Assembly (NCBI GenBank): GCA_047495785.1 | Contig: JBLDXI010000013.1 | Location: 3,286,001-3,350,000, forward strand | DNA from: Lepidodermella squamata | Lineage: Eukaryota; Animalia; Gastrotricha | Direction of reading: 5' to 3' | Length of the DNA stretch: 64,000 nucleotides | In this document: one piece after another, positions 25,805 to 38,247 of the stretch | How positions within the stretch are numbered: the first letter of the stretch is position 1 | How the letters are laid out: every line of letters starts with the position of its first letter | The notes under the pieces: model-generated | The model's input: only the letters and a program-made list of their open reading frames with translations | Databases searched by the model: none | Told to the model about the DNA's origin: nothing | Position numbers and translations under genes: made by a program

Positions 25805-25867
25805 TGATGGTGTCGCGTGTTTTAGTTCGTAAGAAAAAAAACATCACTTGCATCAATATCTAGCCAT

Positions 25868-25930
25868 ATTCACTTTGAGCCTACCAATAACCAAATAACA
25901 ATGTTCACTTTGAGCCTACCAATAACCAAC
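25868..25930 (+). repeat. Short direct duplication
   Basis: TTCACTTTGAGCCTACCAATAACCAA occurs twice, about 35 bp apart. Confidence 0.85.
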
Positions 25931-27206
25931 AATATAATTTCTAGTGCTATGTCTTGATTTTTTATTTGCATAATCTTTCGGATGCGTACTGAAGACTATA
26001 ACGACATCCCCAGTTCGTTCATGTAGTATTGTTGTTAACTGAATATAGAGACGAGAAAAGAGTATTGAGAAGAGAAAAGACAAAAGGCAAAGTCGGGCAA
26101 AGTTACCGAAGGTCGATAACAATACACTCGCTTTAAATTCAGGTGAAACTATAATTGCTCCATAGAACCACATCACTTGTCTTGAAAATTGTTCGGTACA
26201 TAAAATCCGAGACATGGCCGCATAAAGCATACCAGTGTAATGCCGCTTGCAAGTTTGCCTCTCGTAAAGTGCTCAACGGTGTCAAGTTATTCTCGTGCTG
26301 CAACTACCACCACCGTTGAAATTCGTTCAGCGACAATGAACGTTTAGCACTCGCTACCTATAGCTGACAAGGCATCAGATAACCCGCTCGACTCAATTCG
26401 ATAAAGACAAGGACATCTCAATATTTAATTTTATTAGCGCATTAATATACCGGATACATTATTACTGAATAACGAGTGGTTCCATCAGTAAACCTTGTGC
26501 ATTCAAGATATTGAACAGAAACTGATACTGAAACACGTTGTATTTTCCATGGTTTACCATTTTATGCCCCAAAAACAGATTATTTAAACACGAAAATTCA
26601 CCTAGAGACACATTGTATGTGATGCTATCATCTTCAACATTAAAGATCCGGGAATGATATGATAACACGCGGTATAAATAAATTGAATTACAACGAAATA
26701 GTGCGTTTCCTTCTTTCGAATAAAATAATATAGATATTTGGATTGCTCAGTCCCTCTTGATAATAAATTTATCAATACAATTTCACCCATAATTTGTTAT
26801 TTTAGCAGTCAGTTGTTATTTCATGGAAGTACAGGTTTCACAAATCATGACAACCTCGTCCAAAAATAGTATAATAGTTTTGCTCAACCGTAATAAGTAG
26901 CTTATTTTTTTACAATAATGCAGCCAATTAAAGCGATTATTCAACTTCATTTTCGGGGCATCACATGCATCATGTCCATAGTAACAAAAAACACGGCTCC
27001 AGAAAGCAAAACAAACATACCACGCGCTTATAATATAATTACTCGTCGACTGTCACTCACTTTTGAATATAATGCCTTGATATTACTTCATTCATGAAGA
27101 ATAATTTATAATAAATAATTTTCCGGATTTATTCAGAATTATATGATAGATTATTTTCGTTATTTTATCAAGTCTTTATTATTTAGGCTAGATCAGTTTT
27201 TCTCCA

Positions 27207-30200
27207 TCAAGCCAGCATTTGCCGGATTTCCGAGTGCAGGTGGCAGAGATAGTCGACGTAGGTGACGCCGTTGGTTTTGTCCTCGCACAACTGGCGCAGG
27301 AAAACCATTTCCATGCCATCGGCTTGCTTCTTCGAACAAACGATGTGGATGCGCAAATGACGGTCGCGCTCATTGCGAATCGTGTTAACGACCTGGCGCA
27401 CGTGCTGGCTCAGCTGGTTGTCGAACTCGGGCAGCTCCGTCACCTTCGAAACATCGACCGTTTGGATGCCAGGAGCGCCGGCCGTCACGCCACCGCACAG
27501 CTTTTGAACAGCATCAGCCGCCGCGGCAGGGCCAATCCACAGCCAGATTTCCTGGCCGTTTTCCATGACGTAAATGCCGTTTTCTTCGAGTCGTTCTAGT
27601 GACAGGCGAACGGCGATGGGCAATGAGCGGTGCGAGTTTGCCGCCGGGTCGAAGCGGTGGATGGGCAGCAGGCGGGGGTAGAAATAGACCTGGGACGAGG
27701 CGACCGACAACTGGTTCAACGTGAACAATAAGAAGGTTCGGTCATCGGTCTGGAGATCCAACGCTAGAAAAATAATAAAAGTAAATCAAAATCATTTAGA
27801 CTTTAGACCGAGAATTATTCAATAAAAAGCGAAGCTCAAAATCATTCACTATTTTCAACTTGGATAATATTCACCGACTCGAGATATCGATAAAAATTCA
27901 AGTGGAATTTGGTGCGTTAAATCAATAACGAGGACTTATCCTGAAAATCTGTGAAAATGTACTCATAACAATAATATTCCTTCGTTAAATAAATCGAAAA
28001 AATTCAAACAGTCAAATAAAAACAGATTTTATGAATTAATTTAGTGCGTAAATCAGGTAAAAATTCGATGGCAATTTACAGAGGACTAAAATTAAATATA
28101 CAATCGACAATCGCAATCGATAAAAAATACTTCAATTTTCCATTTTCAAAGTCAGAAAAACCTCAAAATTATTGAATTATGGATTATTGAAATCCGACGA
28201 CCAATTTCTTGAAAAATTGAAATCTCTCGGTAATCTTGTGTATTTAACAATTGAAAATGAAAATTTTAGAAAAAATGAAGAGACGTACCACTTTGGAAGC
28301 AGTCGCTCTTGATTAGAGCATTAGCGTAAAGCGGTAGGCATTTCATGCATTCAGGCAGGATCAGCTGAGCAGAAGATTCCGGCGACTGAGTGACGCAGTT
28401 TTTACGATAGCACGCCAGCATGTGCGCGACCTGGTTCGTGAATTTCTCGCGAATGGCCGACGGCCCGTCAGCGACCGCCATTTGCACGGCCTGCTTCGAC
28501 ATCAAATTGATGAGAGAATCGAGATCGCAACCTCGGAAAACGTCCATCAAAATCGACGAAACCGCAGCGGCGAAATTCAGCACACGCAACCTACGCCGCC
28601 CGCCTACCGTCGTGTACAGCATAGCCGCCTGGACGTAGGCACCAGCTTCAGGCGACAATTTATCGTCATGCCGCAATTCGACAACAATTCCCTTTTCGCT
28701 ATCGCAGACGCCCATTTCAATATCTCGGTTGTTGGACATGTTGAAATTTCCGTAGTAGTTAACCGCCTGAAGGCCGGTCGAGCTTCGAACACGCATGACA
28801 CAGTCGAAGCCCTGAGGTCTTGAAACGGCGCGGCGTAAATCTTCCGCAAAGGCCCAGCCGTGGTTTTCGGCCTGGAAATACGGGTAACGGTACAGCGAAC
28901 CACCGGTCACTCGCGGCAACTCAGCCAAAGTGGCGATGTCCGTATAAGCATTCGGGAACAAGAACAAATCAATACCACAGCCGGCTGCGACGCATTCCTG
29001 AGCTAGTTTTGTGTAGTAATTATCAACAGGTTGGAGGAGGACCTTTTCCTTCGCAGTTCCTCGCAATTTCCGGTCATCTCTCATCGTGAGTTTACCAGGC
29101 GCGGTGAACGTTGGTAACGATGAGTGGAAAACAAAGAGTTTACCGCATCGCTCCGACGATTTCATCGCATCAAGACCGGCTTCGACAACGGGGCCTAAAA
29201 TTGTCTCGGTCTCTTTCGAGTCAGCATACAAGTCAGGAATCATGTCTAACAAAGCCATTATCAGAGGCTCAGATTCTGAAACTTTGACCAAGAAACCCTC
29301 GACCAGCGGGATGAACATGTCGTTCACATCTGTAACAACGCAAGCCTGCGGTTGGGCTAAGCTCGGGTGGAGATTGTAAAATTGGAGGGAGGTCGAGTAG
29401 GTAGCGAAGCCGACGCGGATTTCCGGTTCCGTTTGATCGACATCCTTCGGCAGGCACCTCAAAATCACGTTTTTCAGCTGATTGCACAGAGTACGCACCA
29501 TTCCTGAGTGAATTGCATTGTAAGACACGTCAATCATGAATATGTAAGCCGGGGCTTGCGGCAATTTCTGGTTGCTGCAATAGTCTTTAGTCGCCGTGAA
29601 TTCGAACGAGCCGAGGTGCAACTCAGGTCGCTCGTAACGGTCGTAACGAGCCCCGGTATAGTCCAAATGAGCGAAATACTCGGGAGCGACTTCCGTCACC
29701 GAGTCGCAAAATTTGCATTGGAATCGACGACCTCCGTCGATGAATTGCATGAAAGGGCACATGTAAGCGCGGCAACGTTTGCAACGCACAGGGCCGACAT
29801 CACCGGTGTTAACCAGTGGGATGGGTCTCTCGTCGCGGTGCTGCTGGGCCATAGGTTGAATGACGACTGCAATAGGGAAACCAGCCATTTTCACCATATC
29901 GGCAGAGTATGGCCACGTGTACGAAACAGCTCGCATGTAACGCGGGCCGGAACAACCGGCGTCTTCGGTGACAAACTCGGTTGTCACGAGAGGGGGCGCC
30001 TGGCCGCGCACTGATGTATTGAAAACGCCGGTATTCTTCTCCTTATCACCTTCAATCACTTGAACTGCGTTCGGAAGGTGTTCCGGATCTAGCCGAGGCC
30101 GGTTAGCTTGTTGCTGCATACCGGCCCCGGGATAACCGCCCGGTTGTTGCGGTGGATATCCAGCAGGAGGGTAAGACCCGGGAGGCATACCGATTGGTCC

Positions 30201-31164
30201 TTGCTGTCCCATAGCAGGAGGGTAAGAAGGTGGCATACCAGGTCCACCAGGCGGAGGACCTTGCTGAGGATTGAAAGCGCCAGGCGGGCCCGGAGGGGGA
30301 GCAAATTGTCCTGGACCAGGAGGAGCGTTAAACTGTCCCGGCTGGCCTCCTGGAGGTTGTTGAAATCCAGAGGGTGGAGGGGGCTGAAATTGGCCTGATG
30401 GAGGAGGCGGTTGAAATTGAGCCTGTTGACCGCCTGGAGGAAATTGCTGCGCCTGAGGACCGTTCTGGGGAGGCGGTTGGAACTGAGGAGGCTGTTGACC
30501 AGCTGGGGGTGGAGGCTGAAATTGGCCACCCATTGGAGGCGGAGCAAACTGTTGCGATGGAGGCGGGGCCCCTTGAAACTGCTGCTGCGGCTGTTGCTGT
30601 GGAGGGAATCCTCCAGGGGCCGGTCCCGGTGGTCCAGGAGGGAAGGTCTGAGAAGACTGTGGAGGCTGAAATGTAGGAGGAGGCATGCCAGGCTGACCTG
30701 ACGGACCTCCTTGAACACCAGGGCCTAAACGAGACCAATACAATATTGAGAGGATAGTCATTAAGCTAAATCTTACGAGGTCCAGGAAAAGATGCTGGAG
30801 GAAACGTCTGTCCGTAAGGTGGATTGCCAGGAGGAGCTCCAGGTGGATTATAAGGCTTCATACCTGCGCCGTTGGCCATAGGACTATTCGTTCCATTCGT
30901 GTACGGAGGATTCGGTCCACTCATAGCACCAGGAGGCTGGGGTGTAGTCGATGTCGCGTAGCCATCTTGCGGATTATTCGGCGAGAAACGAGGCGGCATT
31001 CCCCCAGGTGCTCCAGGTTGTTGTTGACCTTGAAACGAACCATGTTCTGGAGGGTAAAACCCCTGGGGTGGGGCGCCCATAGGAGGTTGGCCGTAGCCAT
31101 ATCCACCTGGGGGCATTTGACCGGTTTGACCCGGTGGATAAAACTGTTGCCCAGGTCCGAGCAT
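27207..31164 (-). CDS. SEC24C: COPII coat subunit SEC24C/D
   Basis: P/Q/G-rich N-terminus, RCKRCRAYMCPFM..CKFC zinc finger, trunk FMIDVS, GGRRRLRV, QLILPECMK, gelsolin-like C-terminus YVDYLCHLHSEIR; introns at about 30776-30727 and 28288-27764. Confidence 0.95.
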
Positions 31165-34100
31165 TAAATCAACTTAATTATCTATAAATCACACGAATGT
31201 AACATAACAACAAAAACAGGAGGGACGAAATTCTGCGCCAACAGAGAAGCAAAGGAGATCAACAGTTAACAGCGGTAAGCAAAACATAGGGAGAAAAATG
31301 GAGTGGCGATAGTAAGAGGCATGGAATCCTAATGATTTTCAGGAATCAACGACGGAGAATTCAGGATTGATTTGTGATTCTTCATCAACTTCATGATTCG
31401 TCATTAAATTCCGGCAACATCTGACTTTAGAGCAGTCGTTAACTCCTTGAATATAATTATTTCAGCAATATTATATTTCAGCACCAAATGCCAAATCAAA
31501 CTATTAGAAAGCAAATACCGTGACAACAGATCGTGAGTAACCTGATTGCAATGACAAGCTTGTTACGAGCTTCAAACTTCGAGATTCGAGTTAATCGGTC
31601 GAGGAATCAAGCTTGGAAGATGGAAGACAAGCAGCTGGCAACCAATGGAAAATCACCAAAATTTATCAATCTTCGAAGTCTGATCCAAAGATCGCAATTT
31701 TAGATGCAACACACGGCATAGACAGACGGCTAAAGTAACAGTTGTATTTGCATTAAAAATAGTAAGCCGAATCCATAAAACCATGAAACAACCTTGAAAC
31801 ACAACGAGCTTAGTTGTAATTCCTCAGTGTGGCAAGAGGAAATGGAAAAAAGACGATGAACAGGTGGTAGCCGACAGCTTTTAAGGCAGGAGTAAGCGAG
31901 TAGGCTTACGCGTAGGGTGACCCGGCAAAACGACCGGCCACATCGACGCTCCGTGTGATGAGAATAAGCCGCGTCAAGTTGACGTGTTTATAAATGTCAA
32001 GGACGAACACAAATTATGAATTCGATATTAATATAATAATTAAAATATATTTCAATATTCTGATTGCAAACAGAAGACCTTGCGGCAGTAAAAATGTCTT
32101 ACAGTTTGGCGCGCGTTTCGTGCAGTTTCCTTTTTTGCCTTGTCCTTAGATGGGCATCTTTTGCATCTTTAGCTGGCACTTAACAGCTCAAGTTAGTTGT
32201 CCGATCTGGCTCGACTCTAGTCTTAGGTTTAAATCTCTAAGTTTAAATGTTGTGTTTAAATGGCTAGTGTTGCCTGCGAATGCGCATGCGAAATCTGCTG
32301 CCTCTTTCCAATCTTTGGCAATCGATGTTGATTGTTCTGGAGAGGGGTAGACTTGCGAACATATCGAACATGAATACTTATTTATCTCTGACAATCTTAA
32401 CGATTATCTATGTCAAATTCACACTGTCTCGCAATCCTAACCATTAGCAAAAGGATAAGATAGGACTTCTATGCGATGAGCTATGGTTAACTTGGGCAAA
32501 TCGTAATACCACATTGAATCCGGCGCGTTAAAAACCCTATGAATGTGTTATCCTTGGGACTCAAGCGACTAGTTTGACACGTAGGTCTGAGTGCAGAAGC
32601 TGATGAGAAATGAGAGGTTACGGTTTACGAGAAATTATAACTTCAGTGAAATCTCTACAACTGCTCAGCTGACCGTCAAACCCAAAATCATAGACCATTT
32701 TCGGATAGACCTTTATATGTTATCCTGTGACATCTCAAAACTCAGAAGGTCTTCAGTTGGCTACGACATTCCATTCTTGCTGCCTACCGGAGTCTTCGTT
32801 TTCGGCAAGTCAAAGAGACTGAACAGTTAAGGTCTGCAACGGTACCTTCTTTCGAGCCGCTGGTTTTTCTTAATAAATTTGCTGGCTTTGATTTTTGCAA
32901 GTGGGTTTTTGCCTGAATCCAGAAACTACCTGCATACATAATCTGATACATAATCTGCCTGCATCCGGTCTAAGAATCGTTCAACCAATTATTTGATTTC
33001 GAGCGATTAAGAATTGAAGCTGATCTCACGTTCCGAACTAGCTGGCTAAACCTCATCAGTCAGCAATATAAGACGCCTGGCCACATTGATGTATGATCGA
33101 TGTCTCATCAAGGCCATATAGTTCATTTTTATACAATAAGATATCACTTGCACTCGAGCTCCCCGTTGAAGTTCAAAGTTCAAAACGGGCTTCAAAACAG
33201 GACAGCTCAGTGTGGGCCATTTTTCCAGCTCGAAATGAACTCCGTTAACATTGAACCTAAATTGCGGTTGAAGTTCAAACTTCAAACCGTTTGGTCTGAA
33301 TGCCTGCGTGATTATTCTATGGCTGGTTAAACACCAAAGATCAAAAGAAACTGGGTTGAGGTTTGCTTTCTGCTTTAATTCCTTTTTCAAATATCTCAAC
33401 AAATTTACGGGCGCGTTAAACTCCATATATAAGATAGAAGTATATAGATTATTCAGAATATTCGATAAGACGGCAAATAAGTGATTACAAGAACCAAACT
33501 TAATTCAATAGCAGAATAAGAAGAGAAGTCGATTTCATCATAATCATCATCAACTATTTACAAACAGTTACGCGTGGTAGGGCGTAGCGAAATCACATGA
33601 AACAAGTGGTTATTGAACGTTTCAGAAGGAATTTCATTTTTTAGTCGACAACATCGATAGCACAAAGGATCAGGTTTCAGCGACAGCAAAGCTTTTCATG
33701 CTGAGAACAGTTTATAGTTGTATTGATTTTGGTTTAAAAATGAAACTTTTTTGATAAAACATCCATTATTATCATAACATGCGCACTGGTATCGATATTT
33801 TTGTTGGATAAAGAAGAAAAACTGATTGCACAATGCACAACAAAACGACCAGATTTCATCAAATTTTGAACTTGAGCGTGTGCTGTAGCGCAATGATTTT
33901 TCTATGAAGCGGGTCATTTGGGCGATCTGATTGTTAAACAACTAGATAATTCGTTTTGCAGCTAAATGATGAGATGATAATGGTAAGCATGGGTAAAATC
34001 ATCTAATGCCATATCACATGTAGAAAAATAACGTCCGGATAAGACTTCGTGCTTGATAATGGGTAAGGTTGCAGGATAGTCTACCCTATAGGTTAATACT

Positions 34101-34435
34101 GGACATTTTTCGGCTTTCAAGCTATGCGGAATCAGTGAATTGAATTAATAGATCAGTTCCATATATAGGAACGCTCGTGCTGATAAAATTACAGAATTTC
34201 ATAATAAATCAACGAAATATAAATGGAGCCTCATCGAGGAAACACTGAGCAAGTGTTTGTAGCTTCAAAATTTTATCATTATCAATCATCAAAATTTCGA
34301 ATATTCATTAATTAAAAATTTTATGAAAAAGAAACATTTACACTGATATTACAGAAGAATAGATTATACATTAATTGACAACAGTAGATAAAAGGCGTAT
34401 TTATGAAATATATAACGTTTATTTGTGTGTATGAC

Positions 34436-37400
34436 TCACAATATAGAACATTTTCCACATAGGAAGTTTTTATCGGTCCGCCTGTTGTGGTTATTGTCGC
34501 CGAAGGACGAGTCGGTCGACATGCCAGGTTGTTGCACTTTCTGAAAGGATTGCTCCTGCTGCTTAAGGCTGCTTTGGACTGGAAGTTCACCGTTCGCAGC
34601 GCCCGTAGTTGCGCCGCCGTTACTTAGGCCAGCAGTGGGTTTCGACTGGTTTCGAGATACGAGTATCGATTTCGTCGGACTAGGAGGTCGAGGCGTGGTG
34701 CTACTACTTGTCGCATTTACGGGGGCTTGGGGGATGAGGGACACCGAGACGCTTTCCGGCGACGCGCCGTCGTCGTCAAAGCCGTTGGAATACCCGCCTG
34801 GCACGGTGAGAAACCGCGCGGCCGGTCCGCCGCCAGGCTGACCCGGGCCGTTGCCGTTCGCCTTATCAGATCCCGGCGTTGAAACGTCGCCATCAGGAGC
34901 GTCTGCAGGCACAACCTGAAATCGCTCTTGCTCCACATCTTTCCGATGCAGTGCGTTCTTCTCCCGCATGGACGTCCGCCTTACTATAGAACCGCGGAAA
35001 GACCCGCCGCGATGCCGGTTCAACTGGCTACTCGACCCCGACTGGCCAGGCCGACCCGTCCGGCCGCTTAGCCTCGCCTGACGTTGCTCTTCCCGCAACT
35101 GGCCGATCCGCTGTTTGATGGCCGGGTCGTCGCATACGTCTTGAGCGGTTTCTCCATACCGGTTCGTGGCATCGAAATCCGCACCATGCAGCGCTAGGAT
35201 TTCGACGATATCAGCATTCGCCCAACAGGCAGCAGCGTGGAGTGGGGTCCAGCCGTCGTTATCGCGACAATCGGTTTGGCAGCCGTGTTCTAGTAGGAAC
35301 TCAGCCGCCTCGAGATACCCGTTAGCAGCAGCGATATGCAGAGGGGTGGCCCCGTATTTAGGGTCTTTGAACTCGAGTTCCGCCGCAGTGCCGGTCGATG
35401 CCAGCCGCCGCCGCAGGTCGTCGAGCATTTCGCGCTCGGGCAACAAGCGCATGTCGTCGATCATCTCTTGGGTGATGCCGCGTTTTGCCATCTCGCCTTC
35501 GATGAAATCGAGGGTCGAGTCTTCGTCGCACACGTCGTAAGGCATGTTGCCGTCGGCGTTTAGCGCTAGCAAATCCGCGCCGGCATCGATTAGGATTTTG
35601 CACAGTTCGAGGTGGGCACATGTGGCAGCAGCGTGGAGAGGCTATAAGGCAAAAAGATCAACTAATTAAAATTACTGCAAAAAAACTAGAACTAATCGGA
35701 ATTTTTCGGAAACAAAAACAAAGACAAAAAATTACACGAATAACTGTTCAATTATAATGAATAGCCGCGGTGAACCAAAGATCAATTTGTATGACGTTCA
35801 TTCAAGTGTTGATGGCAGACCGTCATAACAGAAAATACCCAAAACAGCACACGCGACAAAAAGCTAATTTTGCAACTTTCGACAGAACAGCAGAAACCCG
35901 TTGCATCTTTTACGTAGTAGGTTTTCGCTGTTTTGTCGCCAAATACAAAATTTGCTGTTTTGTCGCATTCGCTGTTCTGCGAAGTTGCTGTTTTGTCACC
36001 GTACCGTGTTGATACCAGCATTTAAATTAAATAAAAAAATTTCTTCATCTTTAATAACAAAATAATTACCGAATTCCCACAAAATTTATGAAAATCTTCA
36101 CTTTCCAAGCCACCAACTACCCACGAGCTGGATTTCACTTTACAAACTTCTGGTACCATTAAACGCAGCAATTCAAGCCAGGAATCTCGAATCAGAAGAC
36201 TTCCGGCTTTGGTAGTTAGAATGGCTCTAAATGTTTGCTGCATCACTCACACGCGAAGACACCAGTCCAGCCAAGTTAAAACCTCACTTTTAGCAGAATC
36301 AAATGTTGCAGGATTCACGACTTTTGATGATTCATCAGAATTCAAAATCCAGTGCACTACAACTCAGTGTAATTCTCTCTCCGTATGCCTCGCATCGCTT
36401 ACATATTCCGACTATTTCCGCATTAATAAACATAAAAATGACCTCAGCACATTGCGTCATTATACTACTCGGTACAGCGCTTTTCTTCCATTAATTTGAG
36501 AATCGAGCATCTCGTTTGTTCAGGGGTTCCACCAGAACCTAGTAAATTTGCAATAAGATGCCTAGAACAATCGATCTTATTTTTCTTCACAAAGGTCAAG
36601 GAAATTTAGAACCAAATTGGGTAATTCCTGCTTAAATATGTTGAGCATGTTTGCATATCATCTCCCGCTTCGCTTTCTTAGTAGAATAAGCGGACCCTTT
36701 AATTGAGTTTACGCCGAGTTATTTTATCATCGAATTTCGATCACGTACCGTCCACATTTCGGCATCTCTCCGATTGACATCGGCGCCGAACTGTATGAGG
36801 AGTTGTAGAATGTTGGGGCTATTATCGATGCAACATTGATGAAGGGCTGAAAGACCATCGGCATTTGCTGAATTCGGGTCGACCCCGGCAGCTAACAACC
36901 GTTTCACTGAAACAAAAAAAATCATTGAATAAGAAGCACGTCAATTTCGTGAGCAAATCATTAACAACACGCACACGCGCGGGCTCTCGTCCCCCTTATA
37001 TTTATTCGTAAAAAAGCGCGCATTTTCGTGTCGCTCGTTGTTCGCCGGCCCTACGAACTACAACGCCATTAGAACGCAAACAGCGCAGCAAGGTTGTAGA
37101 TGCTATGAAACCGCCGGCACAGTAGCTGCATCAAGCGGCTTGTGCAAATATCACACAAATGGACGCATCCCATGCATTCCATCCATTACTACTACTACTA
37201 CTACTATAACTAGAAACCTCCCCACAGTGGTGGCAGTACAAAAGTAGGTTTAATGATAACATATACTCGAAAGGCCACCACATCAGCTTTGTTTATAAAG
37301 CGCGCGAGATTTACTGCATGATAATCTTTTCCTCTTCCTTCTCCCCCCATCCTACACTTCTTTGTTATTATCATCATCGCAGTCGTCGTGATTATAGAAA

Positions 37401-38247
37401 GCAGAGAACGGGATGCTCTTATCGAACGGGCGTAGCACTAATAAACAATCGCGGATGGCCAGAAGATGATAGCGCAAATTAAGCGAAAGTGATGAATGAC
37501 TGACCTTCGTCGAAGTCGTTTCTGGAAGCTGCTTCGAGGATTGTCACTGTTTCGCCGAATTGAACGTTCCGACGCTGGCTGCCCGGGTGGCCGTTTGTGA
37601 CGCCGTCCCCCGGGTAATACCCGCTCGCTATCCTCTGCTGAACGGTTCCAGTTATGCCGCCCCCTTGACCTTTCCGAATCGAATCTTTCTCTAACCGCCG
37701 TTCGTAGCCCTCCCAGGCCTTCAATTGCTGTTGCCTCCGCTTCCGAGCGTGTTTCAATCGCTCCTGAAAAAATAAAAGAATATAAACAAAATGAAAAATC
37801 AAGTCTATCAAGATTCTAAATGAGTGGTAAATTAAGGTGAAAATTATACCGGTGAATTAAACTGGAAAATTTGATAAACTAAAAATCTGTAATAAATCAA
37901 GCTATTGCGCAAATGAAAGATTAAGAATTGAAATTATCTAAAAGATTTGCCATAGGATTTATCGGTCTCATTTTTATTCGTGTTATTTGTCGGAAAACTG
38001 CGGCGAGTTCTGCGAATAAAAATTCAATTTGATTCAAAAATGTTTGACCCAATTTTTTTAATAAATCCTAAAATTCTCACAGACCGCCTCTAATATTATA
38101 AAAATGAATCAAAACCTTAAAATAGCGATGAAAATTGCACCTGCACGAACTAAATTCTCTTGAAATATGTTGATGAAAAAAACTAACCTGAGTTTGAAGC
38201 TTTTCCACGAACGGCATTTCTGCCACGAGTTCACTGTGGTCCATCAT
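34436..38247 (-). CDS. PPP1R16: Protein phosphatase 1 regulatory subunit 16 (MYPT3/TIMAP-like)
   Basis: MMDHSELVAEM...ERLKHARKRRQQQLKAW, PP1-binding RNVQF motif, ankyrin repeats (DGLSALHQCCID, LLALNADGNMPYD), C-terminal CaaX box CSIL; four coding exons. Confidence 0.93.
35830..36007. repeat. Intronic foldback/MITE-like repeat
   Basis: GCTGTTTTGTC three times in the right half, with inverted degenerate copies (CAAAACAGC, GACAAAAGC, GACAGAACAGC) in the left half. Confidence 0.5.

Noticed and set aside
30089-30738. Long overlapping alternative ORFs in SEC24 (similar ones in the collagen and Gly-rich genes)
   Set aside because: These are stop-poor shadow frames of GC-rich low-complexity coding sequence.
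33046-33426. 126-aa ATG-initiated ORF between SEC24 and PPP1R16
   Set aside because: No recognisable domain or exon continuation; it could be an orphan gene but cannot be supported.
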